Shown: positions 1 to 12,018 of the stretch, one piece after another | Layout of the letters: each line of letters begins with the position of its first letter | How positions within the stretch are numbered: position 1 is the stretch's first letter | NCBI GenBank assembly: GCA_004431415.1 | Contig: QPMI01000178.1 | Coordinates: 1-64,000 of the forward strand | Reading direction: 5' to 3' | Source of the DNA: Cyanophora paradoxa CCMP329 | Taxonomy: Eukaryota; Plantae; Glaucophyta | Length of the DNA stretch: 64,000 nt | Notes under the pieces: model-generated | What the model was told of the DNA's origin: nothing | Seen by the model: the letters and a program-made list of their open reading frames with translations, nothing else | The model's database searches: none | Position numbers and translations under genes: made by a program

Positions 1-3000
1 GGGGCGGCTGCGGGAGGAGCTGGCGGCGTCCCTGGAGCGCCTGGACGCCGAGACGGCGGCGCGCCTCGAGGTCGCGACGGCGCTCGCGGCGGCGCTCGGC
101 GAGCGGGAGGCGGCGGCGGCGGCGGCGGACGAGGCGGCCGAGGCGGCGGCGCACGCCGCGCGCGAGGAGGGCGAGGCGGCGCGCGCCGAGCGCGCGGCGC
201 TCATCGACTCGGCGCTAGCTGCGGCCGGCGAGGAGGGCCCCGAGCCGGAGCAGGATCAATCGGTCTCGAGCCGCAGCCTGGCGCTGGATCTCGCAGCGGG
301 GGAGGCGCCGCCCGTGCCCGAGGGCGAGGGGCAGGAGGAGCCGGAAGGCATCGCGCGGCTGAAGGCGGAGCACGCGCGGGCGACGGCGGCGACGGAGGCG
401 AAGGTGGCGAAGGCCAAGGGCCTCATCGCGACCCTGCGGGGCCAGGTGGCCGCCTCCCAGGGGGCCGCCGAGGGCCTCCGGCGGGAGCTCGAGGCGGCGC
501 AGGAGCGCGCCGAGCAGTCGCAGGCGGCGCTCGCGGCGAAGGAAGCCGAGGCCGCGCTGCTGCGGGGCCAGGTCGAGGAGCTCGAGGAGGCCCTCGCGTC
601 GGCGGCGGCGAGGCCGCCGCGCGCGCCGCGGGCGCGGAGGCGGCTGCGGAGGCCGAAGCCGAGTCGCTCCGGGCCGAGCTCGAGGCGGCGCGGGCGCGGC
701 TGGAGGAGCTCCAGGCCTCCAGCGAGGGCGGCGCGCCCAGGACGCCCCGGAGGAAACACAGGCGCTGCGCGAGGAGGCGGCCGCCGCGCGGGCCGAAGCC
801 GAGCAGCTGCGCGGGCGCATCGTATCGCTCGAGGAGTCCCTCGAACAGCACGAGCGTTCCGCGTCGGCGGCGCGGGCGGAGGCGGCGGAGGCGCAGGCCG
901 CGCTGGAGGCGGCGCAGGAGGAGACCGCCGGAGTCGTCGTGGCGGCTGCCGCGGCGCACGCCGAGGCGCAGGCCGAGCTCGGCGCGCTGCGGGAGGCGGC
1001 GGTCGCGGCGGAGGCGGCGGCGGAGCGGATGCGCGCGGATCTGGCGGCGGCCGAGGCGAAGGCTGCGCGGCTTAGGGAGGCGGCGATTTCGGCCGAGGCC
1101 GAAGCGAGCGCGGCGGCGGAGGCGGCGCTGGCGGAGGCGGCAGAGGCCCGTGAGGCGCTCGCGGCCGCCCAAGCCGAGGCGAGCGAGCTGCGGGCGGAGC
1201 TCGAGGCTGCGCGGGCGGCGGCGGCGGCCGGGGCGGGCGAGGCGGCGGCGAAGGCGGCGGAGCAGCACGAGGCACGGATGGCCAAGGCCAAGGCGCTCGT
1301 GATGGGCCTCAGGGAGCAGCTGGCGGGCCGGGAGGCCGAGGCGCAACAGCTGCGGCAGGAGCGCGACGCGGCGAAGGAGCAGGCGGATGCGATGCAGTCG
1401 GCGCTCGAATCCAAGCAGGCGGTGGCGCAGCAGCTGCAGGCCGAGCTGGAGGACGCGAGGGCGGCGCTGGATGCGCGGGCGGCCGAGGTGCAGTCGCGCT
1501 CGATCGCTGTAGACGAGGCGGAGGCGCTGCGGGCCCAGCTGGAGGAGGCGCGGGCGTCGGTCGCGCGAATCGTCGGCGCCGCGAACGAGAAGGTTGCCGC
1601 GGCCGAATCGGAGGCTGAGCAGCTGCGGAAGGCGCTGGCGGCAGCGGAGGCGCGGGCAGGGCGGCTGCGGGAGGCGGCCGAGTCGCTCGAGGCGCAGGCG
1701 GGCGAGGCGGTCAGAGAGGCGCAGGCGGAGGCGGAGCAGCGGCGCGCGGCGGCCGAGGCGGCGGAGCAGCGGGTGCAGGAGCTCGCGTCGCGGCGGAGGC
1801 GGCCCAGACCGAGGCGGGCGAGCTGCGGGCGGAGCTGGAGGCGGCGCGGGCGGCGGCGGCGGCTGGAGCCGGCGAGGCGGCGGCGAAGGCGGCGGAGCAG
1901 CACGAGGCGCGGATGGCCAAGGCCAAGGCGCTCGTGATGAGCCTCAGGGAGCAGCTGGCGGCGTCGCAGGCCGAGGCGCAGCGCCTGAGGGAGGAGGCGG
2001 ACGCGGCCAAGAAGGCGCTGGAGGCGAAGGAGGAGCAGGGGCGGGCGCGGGAAGCCGAGGCGCAGTCCCGCTCCGCCGCCGCCGCCGAAGAGGCCGAGGC
2101 GCTGCGGGCCCAGCTGGAGGAGGCGCGGGCGTCGGTGGCGCGGATCGTCGGCGCCGCCAACGAGCGCCTCGCCGCGGCGACGGGCGACTACGACCGGCTG
2201 GGTGCGGAATTGGAAGCCGCGAAGGCCGAGGCGGCTCGGCTTCGCGCGGAGCTGGAGGCGGCGACGGCGGCGCCGCGGAGGCGGCGCGGGCGGAGCGCCT
2301 GGAGGCGGAGCTGGCGGCCGCGCGGGAGGAGGCCGCACGGAAGTTCGCCGAGCTGCGGGCCGAGCGCGAGGCCGCCGAGGCCGCTGCGCAGGCGGAGGCG
2401 CAGCGGCTTGGCGAGGAGCTCGCTGCGGCGCGGGAGGAAGCTGCGGCCCTGCGCGAGGCGGCGGAGGCGCTGCCGGCGGCGCAGGAGGACGCCGAGCGGC
2501 TTCGGGCGGCGGCGGCGGCGGCGGAGGGCCGCGCGGAAGAGCTGCAGTCCGCCCTCGCCGCGGTCGAGGCGGAGGCCGGGCGGCTGCGCGACGAGGCGGC
2601 AGAGGTGGCGGGCCGCGAGGCGCAGCTTCAATCCGCCCTCGCCGCGGCCGAGGCAGAGGCAGGACGCCTTCACGAGGAGGCGGCGGCGGCGCGGGCCGAA
2701 GCCGAGCAGCTGCGCGGGCGCATCGTATCGCTCGAGGAGTCCCTCGGGCAGCACGAGCGCTCCGCGGCGGCGGCGGCGGCGGCGGCAGAGGCCGGCGAGG
2801 CGGCGGCCGAGGCGGGACAGCTGAAGGAGAAGATGCGGCAGCTGGCGGGCCGCTACAAGGCGCTGCGGGAGGAGCGCGACCAGCTCGCCGCGAGGGCGGC
2901 GGAGGCTTCGGCGGCGCTCGAGGCGGCGAACGCGGAGGCGGAGCGCCAGCGGGCGGAGGCGGCGGCCGCCTCCGAGAAGCGTGCAGAGGAGCTGGCGGCG

Positions 3001-6000
3001 GCGGCGGCAGAGGCGCAGGCGGAGGCGGCAGAGGCGCGGGCAGCGGCGCGCCGGCTGGAGGCCAAGCTGGAGGACGCCGAGGCGGGCCTCGCGGCCGCTC
3101 GCGGCCAGGGCGACGCCCTGCGGGCCGAGCTGGCGGCAGCGGAGGCGCGGGCGGCGCGGCTGCGGGAGGCGGCCGAGTCGCTCGAGGCGCAGGCGGGCGA
3201 GGCGGTCAGAGAGGCGCAGGCGGAGGCGGAGCAGCGGCGCGCGGCGGCCGAGGCGGCGGAGCAGCGGGTGCAGGAGCTCGCGGTCGCGGCGGAGGCGGCC
3301 CAGACCGAGGCGGGCGAGCTGCGGGCGGAGCTGGAGGCGGCGCGGGCGGCGGCGGCGGCTGGAGCCGGCGAGGCGGCGGCGAAGGCGGCGGAGCAGCACG
3401 AGGCGCGGATGGCCAAGGCCAAGGCGCTCGTGATGAGCCTCAGGGAGCAGCTGGCGGCGTCGCAGGCCGAGGCGCAGCGCCTGAGGGAGGAGGCGGACGC
3501 GGCCAAGAAGGCGCTGGAGGCGAAGGAGGAGCAGGGGCGGGCGCGGGAAGCCGAGGCGCAGTCCCGCTCCGCCGCCGCCGCCGAAGAGGCCGAGGCGCTG
3601 CGGGCCCAGCTGGAGGAGGCGCGGGCGTCGGTGGCGCGGATCGTCGGCGCCGCCAACGAGCGCCTCGCCGCGGCGACGGGCGACTACGACCGGCTGGGTG
3701 CGGAATTGGAAGCCGCGAAGGCCGAGGCGGCTCGGCTTCGCGCGGAGCTGGAGGCGGCGACGGCGGCGGCCGCGGAGGCGGCGCGGGCGGAGCGCCTGGA
3801 GGCGGAGCTGGCGGCCGCGCGGGAGGAGGCCGCACGGAAGTTCGCCGAGCTGCGGGCCGAGCGCGAGGCCGCCGAGGCCGCTGCGCAGGCGGAGGCGCAG
3901 CGGCTTGGCGAGGAGCTCGCTGCGGCGCGGGAGGAAGCTGCGGCCCTGCGCGAGGCGGCGGAGGCGCTGCCGGCGGCGCAGGAGGACGCCGAGCGGCTTC
4001 GGGCGGCGGCGGCGGCGGCGGAGGGCCGCGCGGAAGAGCTGCAGTCCGCCCTCGCCGCGGTCGAGGCGGAGGCCGGGCGGCTGCGCGACGAGGCGGCAGA
4101 GGTGGCGGGCCGCGAGGCGCAGCTTCAATCCGCCCTCGCCGCGGCCGAGGCAGAGGCAGGACGCCTTCACGAGGAGGCGGCGGCGGCGCGGGCCGAAGCC
4201 GAGCAGCTGCGCGGGCGCATCGTATCGCTCGAGGAGTCCCTCGGGCAGCACGAGCGCTCCGCGGCGGCGGCGGCGGCGGCGGCAGAGGCCGGCGAGGCGG
4301 CGGCCGAGGCGGGACAGCTGAAGGAGAAGATGCGGCAGCTGGCGGGCCGCTACAAGGCGCTGCGGGAGGAGCGCGACCAGCTCGCCGCGAGGGCGGCGGA
4401 GGCTTCGGCGGCGCTCGAGGCGGCGAACGCGGAGGCGGAGCGCCAGCGGGCGGAGGCGGCGGCCGCCTCCGAGAAGCGTGCAGAGGAGCTGGCGGCGGCG
4501 GCGGCAGAGGCGCAGGCGGAGGCGGCAGAGGCGCGGGCAGCGGCGCGCCGGCTGGAGGCCAAGCTGGAGGACGCCGAGGCGGGCCTCGCGGCCGCTCGCG
4601 GCCAGGGCGACGCCCTGCGGGCCGAGCTGGCGGCAGCGGAGGCGCGGGCGGCGCGGCTGCGGGAGGCGGCCGAGTCGCTCGAGGCGCAGGCGGGCGAGGC
4701 GGTCAGAGAGGCGCAGGCGGAGGCGGAGCAGCGGCGCGCGGCGGCCGAGGCGGCGGAGCAGCGGGTGCAGGAGCTCGCGGTCGCGGCGGAGGCGGCCCAG
4801 ACCGAGGCGGGCGAGCTGCGGGCGGAGCTGGAGGCGGCGCGGGCGGCGGCGGCGGCTGGAGCCGGCGAGGCGGCGGCGAAGGCGGCGGAGCAGCACGAGG
4901 CGCGGATGGCCAAGGCCAAGGCGCTCGTGATGAGCCTCAGGGAGCAGCTGGCGGCGTCGCAGGCCGAGGCGCAGCGCCTGAGGGAGGAGGCGGACGCGGC
5001 CAAGAAGGCGCTGGAGGCGAAGGAGGAGCAGGGGCGGGCGCGGGAAGCCGAGGCGCAGTCCCGCTCCGCCGCCGCCGCCGAAGAGGCCGAGGCGCTGCGG
5101 GCCCAGCTGGAGGAGGCGCGGGCGTCGGTGGCGCGGATCGTCGGCGCCGCCAACGAGCGCCTCGCCGCGGCGACGGGCGACTACGACCGGCTGGGTGCGG
5201 AATTGGAAGCCGCGAAGGCCGAGGCGGCTCGGCTTCGCGCGGAGCTGGAGGCGGCGACGGCGGCGGCCGCGGAGGCGGCGCGGCGGAGCGCCTGGAGGCG
5301 GAGCTGGCGGCCGCGCGGGAGGAGGCCGCACGGAAGTTCGCCGAGCTGCGGGCCGAGCGCGAGGCCGCCGAGGCCGCTGCGCAGGCGGAGGCGCAGCGGC
5401 TTGGCGAGGAGCTCGCTGCGGCGCGGGAGGAAGCTGCGGCCCTGCGCGAGGCGGCGGAGGCGCTGCCGGCGGCGCAGGAGGACGCCGAGCGGCTTCGGGC
5501 GGCGGCGGCGGCGGCGGAGGGCCGCGCGGAAGAGCTGCAGTCCGCCCTCGCCGCGGTCGAGGCGGAGGCCGGGCGGCTGCGCGACGAGGCGGCAGAGGTG
5601 GCGGGCCGCGAGGCGCAGCTTCAATCCGCCCTCGCCGCGGCCGAGGCAGAGGCAGGACGCCTTCACGAGGAGGCGGCGGCGGCGCGGGCCGAAGCCGAGC
5701 AGCTGCGCGGCGCATCGTATCGCTCGAGGAGTCCCTCGGGCAGCACGAGCGCTCCGCGGCGGCGGCGGCGGCGGCGGCAGAGGCCGGCGAGGCGGCGGCC
5801 GAGGCGGGACAGCTGAAGGAGAAGATGCGGCAGCTGGCGGGCCGCTACAAGGCGCTGCGGGAGGAGCGCGACCAGCTCGCCGCGAGGGCGGCGGAGGCTT
5901 CGGCGGCGCTCGAGGCGGCGAACGCGGAGGCGGAGCGCCAGCGGGCGGAGGCGGCGGCCGCCTCCGAGAAGCGTGCAGAGGAGCTGGCGGCGGCGGCGGC

Positions 6001-9000
6001 AGAGGCGCAGGCGGAGGCGGCAGAGGCGCGGGCAGCGGCGCGCCGGCTGGAGGCCAAGCTGGAGGACGCCGAGGCGGGCCTCGCGGCCGCTCGCGGCCAG
6101 GGCGACGCCCTGCGGGCCGAGCTGGCGGCAGCGGAGGCGCGGGCGGCGCGGCTGCGGGAGGCGGCCGAGTCGCTCGAGGCACAGGCGGGCGAGGCGGTCA
6201 GAGAGGCGCAGGCGGAGGCGGAGCAGCGGCGCGCGGCGGCCGAGGCGGCGGAGCAGCGGGCGCAGGAGCTCGCGGCCGCGGCGGAAGCGGCTCAAACTGA
6301 GGCGAGCGAGCTCCGGGCCGAGCTGGAGGCGGCGCGGGCGGCGCTCGAGGCGCGGGCGGTCGAGGTGCAGTCGCGCTCGATCGCCGCAGACGAGGCGGAG
6401 GCGCTGCGGGCCCAGCTGGAGGAGGCGCGGGCGTCCGTCGCGCGGATCGTCGGCGCCGCGAACGAGAAGGTTGCCACGGCCGAATCGGAGGCCGAGCGGC
6501 TGCGGGAGGCGCTGGCGGCGGCGGAGGCGCGGGCAGGGCGGCTGCGGGAAGCGGCCGAGTCGCTCGAGGCGCAGGCGGGCGAGGCGGTCAGAGAGGCGCA
6601 GGCGGAGGCGGAGCAGCGGCGCGCGGCAGCGGAGGCGGCGCTGGCGGAGGCGGCGGAGGCCCGCGAGGCGCTCGTGGTCGCCCAAACCGAGGCGAGCGAG
6701 CTGCGGGCGGAGCTGGAGGCGGCGCGGGCGGCTGCAGCCGCCGGGGCGGGCGAGGCGGCGGCGAAGGCGGCGGAGCAGCACGAGGCGCGGATGGCCAAGG
6801 CCAAGGCGCTCGTAATGGGCCTCAGGGAGCAGCTGGCGGGCCGGGAAGCCGAGGCGCAGCAGCTGCGGCAGGAGCGCGACGCGGCAAAGGAGCAGGCGGA
6901 GGCGATGCGGCAGGCCCTCGAATCCAAGCAGGCGGAGGCGCAGCAGCTGCAGGCCGAGCTGGAGGACGCGCGGGCGGCGCTCGAGGCGCGGGCGGCCGAG
7001 CGCGACGCGGCGAAGGAGGAGCTTGCGCGGAGCGAGGCCGCGGCGGGCGAGCTTCGCGGCCTGCTCGAGTCCGCGAGGCGTGAAGCCGCGTCCGGCTCCA
7101 CGTCCGCCGCGGAGGAGGCGGAGAGGCTCCGGGCCCAGCTGGAGGAGGCGCGGGCGTCGGTCGCGCGGATCGTTGGCGCCGCCAACGAGAAGGTGACCGC
7201 GGCGCAGGCCGAGGCGCAGCGGCTCGGCGAGGAGCTCGCGGCGGCGCGGGAGGAGGCCGTCGCCCACCGGGAGGCTGGGGAGCGGCTCCAGGCTGCAGCG
7301 AAGGCCGCGCAGGCGGACGCCGGCGAGCTCCGCGCGCAGCTGGAGGCAGCCAAGGCAGCGGCCGCAGATGCGGCGGACGCTGGGCGTTTGGAGTCGGAAT
7401 TGGAGGCCGAGAAGGCCGAGGCGGGTCGGCTGCGCGCGGAGCTGGAGGCGGCGAAGGCGGCGGCTGCGGAGGCGGCGCGGGCAGAGCGCCTGGAGGCGGA
7501 GCTGGCCGCCGCGCGCGAGGACGCCGGCCGGAAGTTCGCCGAGCTGCGGGCAGCGGCGCAGGAGGAGGCCGAGCAGCTGCGGGCGGCGGCGGCGACGGCG
7601 GAGGGCCGCACAGCAGAGCTGCAGTCCGCCCTCGCCGCGGCCGAGGCGGAGGCCGGGCGCCTGCGCGACGAGGTCGCGGCGGCGCGGACCGAAACGGAAA
7701 AGGCGGCGGGGGCGCTCCGGGCGGAGCTGGAAGAGGCGCGGGCCGCCGCCGAAGTCGCCGCCGGCGACGCGGCGGAGCGGCTGGCGGCGGCGCAGGCGGA
7801 GGCGGAGCGGCTGCGGGAGGCGCTGGCGGCGGCGCGGGCCGAGGCGGCGGAGCTCCAGGGGCGGCTGGAGGCGCGGGAGCGCGAGGCGGGCGTGCCCGGC
7901 GAGGCGGAGCAGCTTCGGGAGCAGGTCCAGCAGCTCGCCGGCCGCTGCGAGGCGCTCCGCGAGGAGCGCGAGCAGCTGGCGGCGCGGGCGGCGGAGGCCG
8001 CGGCGGCGCTGGAGGCGGCGCAGGGGGCGGCGGCGGGCCTGCGGGACGAGCTGGCGTCGGCGAGGCAGGAGGCGGGCGAGGCGCGGGCCGGGGAGCAGGC
8101 GCAGCAGGCGGTGGCGGAGAAGCTGCGGGAGGAGCTGCAGTCGGCGCTGGCGCAGCTCGCCGCGCGGCGCGCCATCCCGCGCTCGCCCTCGACGCCCTCG
8201 CCCCGGCCGCCTCGCCCCCGACGCCGGCGACGGAGGCGGCGCGGGCCGAGGAGGGCGCCGAGCGCTCGGAGGAGCTGACGCGGGCGGCGAGCGCGCGGGC
8301 GGAGGACCTGCGGGCGCGGCTGGCGGCGGCGCGGGCGGCGCGCGAGGCGGCCGAGGCGTCCCTGGAGGAGCACCGCGCCGCCGCGCTGGTGCTCGAGGGC
8401 GAGGTGAGTGGGGGCGATCGCGAGGGCCCGGTGGCGCCCCGCGGCCGGCCTGACGCCCGCCCGCCCGCCCGCCCGCCCGCCGCAGCTCGCGCGGCAGGAG
8501 ATGGCGCTGCGCGAGGAGCGTGCGGCCGTCGAGCGCGCCGCGGCGGAGCGCGCGGCGCTGCTGGAGCGCGCGGCGGCGGCGCGGGCGCAGCTGGAGGGCA
8601 GCGCCGGCGAGGCGGAGCGCGCGGCCGGGGAGGCGGCGGCGGCGGCGGCGGCGCTGGCGGAGCTGCAGGCGCGGCTGGAGGAGCGGAACGGGGCGCTGAT
8701 GTCGGTGGCGGCGGAGCGGGAGGCGCTGGAGGCGCGCCTCGCGGCGCTGCGGGCCTCGTGCGCGCAGGCAGAGGCCGCCATCGACGAGGCCGGCCGCGGC
8801 CGCTCCGCCTCGAGGCCGAGGCCGCCGAGGCGGAGGCCAAGTTCGCCAAGCTCCAGGCCCGCCCGCCCGCCCGCCCGCCAGCGCCCCTGCACCCGCCCGG
8901 CCTGATCGCCCGGCGCGCGCAGGAGGAGCTGGCGGCGGCGGCGGCGCGGAAGAAGCCGCTGGACGAGCGGCTCGCGAAGCTGCGGGCGGCGGTCGGGCAC

Positions 9001-9462
9001 CAGACCGAGATCCGCACGCTCCTGCTCGCCCAGATCCGCGCCGCCGACTCCCAGGCGAGCCCCTGTCGCTTCTCGCGCCTCCGGCTCCGCTCTACTTTCG
9101 GGCTCGCCTCTGAGTCCGCGGCAGGCGGCGGAGAAGGAGGCGGCGCTGCGGGACGCGGAGGCGGCGGCGGAGGCGGCGGCGGAGGAGCTGCGCCGGCGCG
9201 AGGCGCAGCTGCGCGAGGCGGCCGAGCTGCAGCGGGCGCAGCGGGCGCGGGCGGAGGCGGCGGCGGCGGAGGCGGAGCGGCGCGGGGCGGAGCTGGCGGA
9301 GGTGCGGCGGCAGGTGGAGGCGGGGCGCCAGAAGGAGGAGCGCCTCCTCGCCCTGAAGGTCGCCCACGAGAAGGAGCTCCAGGCCGCCGCGGCGAGCTCG
9401 AGCGCCAGGGCTCCGCCGCCGCCGAGCTCGCCGCCGCCGTCGCCGCGCTGCGGGCCCGCCTC

Positions 9463-9509
<47 letters not shown>

Positions 9510-11785
9510 GGGCGGGGCGGGCGGGGCGGGGCCGGCGCCGCTGGCGGACGAGGCGACGCTGCGGGCAGAAAAGGTGGCGCTCGAGCAGCAGCTCGAGGCG
9601 CAGCGGGCGCTGGTGGCGCGCCAGCGCGAGGAGAACGGGCGCCTGCGCGAGGCGAACGGGCGGACGCGGGACGCGGTGACGCGCGGCGCCCGCGAGCTGC
9701 TCGCCCTCTGCCGCGCCGGCGCCCCCCTCGCCGACGACGCAGTGCGCCCCGCCCCACCGGGCGGAGTGAGGGCAGCGCCGGGGCTGAACTTTCGGCGCAG
9801 GCGTCGCTGGAGTCGCTGCAGGCGGCGGTGGAGGGGACGCGGCGGCAGGTCGCCGGCGAGCTCGCCGAGGCCCGCCGGGAAGCCGCCGCCGCCCGCGCCG
9901 CCGCCGGCGAGGCGGCCGCCGGCCTCGCCGCCGCCGAGGGCCGCGCCGCCGAGCTTGCGGCGCAGCTCGACGCGCTGCGGGCCGAGTCCGGCGACGCGCT
10001 GCAGCAGCGCGCCGCGCTGCGCGCGCAGCTCGACGCCGCCTCTTCGGACCTCCGTGCCGCCAACGCGGTGCCGCCCGCCCGCCCCGCCTCGCCCTACCCG
10101 CCCTCCGCCCCGCCGATCCCCTACGTAGGCGCTCGCGGAACTGAACGCGGCGTGGGCCTCGCACCGCGCGGCCCTCGAGGAGGAGGCGAGCAGAAGCCCC
10201 GCCCTGGCCCCGCCACGGGCGCCGCACGCTGACGCGGGGCGGGCCGGGCCGCAGGTGAACGGGCTGCTGGAGCGGCTGGCGCCGCACCTGCCGCCCCTCT
10301 CGCAGCTCGACATGCTCGCCCCGCCGCCGGGGCGCCCCGAGCCCCGCGGGGCCGACCAGGAGGCCTTCCTCGCCTCCCGCACCCTCGGCCAGGTCCCCCC
10401 CGCCCGCCCCCTCCCTCCCGCCCGCCCGCCCCGCCGACGCCGGCGCCACAGGTGCGGGCCTGCGGCGGCTGCGGGCGGCGCTCGAGATCGCTCTGGTGGG
10501 GCGCGAGGCGGAGCGCGCGCAGGCGGCCGCCCACTCCGCCTCCCTCGAGCAGCAGGCGCGCCCCCGCCCCGCGCCCCGCGCCCCGGCCCGGCGTCAGCCG
10601 ACGGCCCTCGCGCAGGTGCACGAGCTGCAGCGGCGGCTGCGGGAGGCGGCGGCGCAGGGCGAGCGCCTCGCGGCGGAGGCCGCCCGCGCCGCGCAGCGCT
10701 ACGAGGCCGCCCTCGCCGCCCTCGCCCAGGCCCGCCCCGCCCCGCCCCGCCCGCCGGCCCCGCCCCCCGCCCTCACGCCGCGCAGGAGAAGGAGGAGCTG
10801 CGGGCGCTGGCGGAGGCGCACACGCGGCGGGCGGAGCGGATGGAGGGCTGGAGCCGCTGGCGGCTGCAGAAGCTGACGACGGAGGAGGGGGCGCGGGAGC
10901 TGCGGGGGGCGGCGGAGGAGCCGGCGCTGGCGGCGCGGTGCGAGGCGGTGGCAGAGGCGGTGCGGGGTCTGCTGCTGGAGCGCTGCGCGCCGGAGGCGGC
11001 CGGCCCGGGCCTCGACTTTTACGCCTCCCTCACCGCCGACAACGTCCTCCTCGACGACCAGGCCCGCCCCGCCCCGCCCCGCCCCGCCCCGCCCCGCCGA
11101 GCTGAGCCGCGGGCGGCAGGTTCGGTCGCTGGTGCGGGCGTGGGTGCAGAACGGCGAGCTGGCGCGGCGCTACGGCAGCGAGGTGCGCCCCGCCCCGCCC
11201 GCCCCCGCCCCGCCCGGGGCCCGCCGGCGCCGACGCGGCGGACAGGTCGCGTCGCTCGTCGACGAGGCGGCCCGCCCGCCGCCGCCCGCGCCGGCCTCCC
11301 CTCGAGCCCGCCCCCGCCGCCCCCGCGGCGCTCGCGGCGCCGCTGGCCCCGTCCCGCCGCCCGCCGCCCGACCCCGGCGGCCGCTTCGGCCCGGCCCCCT
11401 CCCCTCCTCCCGCGCCGGAGTCGCCCGGGCGGCACCGGCGGCCGCCGCGCAGCTCCCGCCGCGGGGCGCGCCCGCGCCTCCTGCGCCCGTCTCGGCGCCC
11501 CACGCCTCCTCCTCCTCTTCCTCCTCCTCTCCCGCGGCCGCGCCGGTGGTCCGCAGCGCGTCGAGCACTCACATCGCGGGCGCCGCGGGGGCGCAGGGCC
11601 CCGCTCGCCGGGCGCCGGGCCGCGCCCCTCGGGCGAGCGGCCGCGGCCGCCCCCCGTGGCGGTGCGGATCCGGCCCGGCTCTCCCCCGCCGAAGCCCCCG
11701 TCCCGACGGCCCTCGAACCCCTGATCGGGGCCCGATTCCGGGACATGTACAAGAGACCGTAGGACATCGCCCCTGTACTTTTTAG
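1..11785 (+). CDS. Giant Ala/Glu/Arg-rich coiled-coil protein (5' end outside the window); one long repeat exon followed by ~11 short introns and a small globular/low-complexity C-terminus
   Basis: Heptad-like AAEAEAERLR sequence is continuous from position 2 across ORF pieces 314, 939, 1594/1913 and 5195, joined by 1-nt indels. Introns at 8404-8485, 8857-8922, 9055-9124, 9742-9800, 10068-10128, 10186-10254, ~10393-10451, 10556-10615, 10730-10785, 11062-11119 and ~11183-11245. Likely stop at 11785. Confidence 0.8.
1633..6272 (+). repeat. Exonic tandem repeat, 1497-bp unit (499 aa), ~3.1 near-identical copies
   Basis: The marker GTGCGGAATTGGAAGCC recurs at 2202, 3698 and 5195; ORFs repeat at 2853/4350 and 2981/4478/5973. 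More diverged partial copies flank the array (~1120-1780 vs ~6340-7000). Confidence 0.95.
9466..9507 (+). repeat. (CAG)14 poly-Gln microsatellite in the coiled-coil gene
   Basis: Read directly from the sequence. Confidence 0.95.
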
Positions 11786-12018
11786 CCAGTGACAGGAACC
11801 GCCGGACCCGCGCCGCGGCGCTAGTTCTGGCAGCATGACTTTCGTTTTTCCAGTGTGCATCTAGATATCGCAGTGTACAGTCGTAATGAGCAGTTCTGAC
11901 GATCATGAGCATGCGTAGCTGCTTCCTCAAGGGCCAGTTTGCAACTCCACCGGTACCGGGGTACCGCGCTGCCAGGTTGTGGGAGCGGGGCTCGCGGCGC
12001 CCGCTGCGCCCGGGCGCG

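Noticed and set aside
1633-6272. CRISPR array or transposon repeat
   Set aside because: The unit is 1497 bp, in frame and coding, with no spacers, TIRs or cas genes.
600-10460. Frame switches as programmed frameshifting or pseudogenisation
   Set aside because: The indels differ between otherwise identical repeat copies and fall in GC runs, so long-read error is the simplest explanation. Polishing with short reads would settle it.
215-11930. Many long Arg/Pro/Gly-rich ORFs on both strands (up to 1385 aa)
   Set aside because: These are shadow frames of very GC-rich coding DNA that lacks stop codons; they contain no protein-like motifs.
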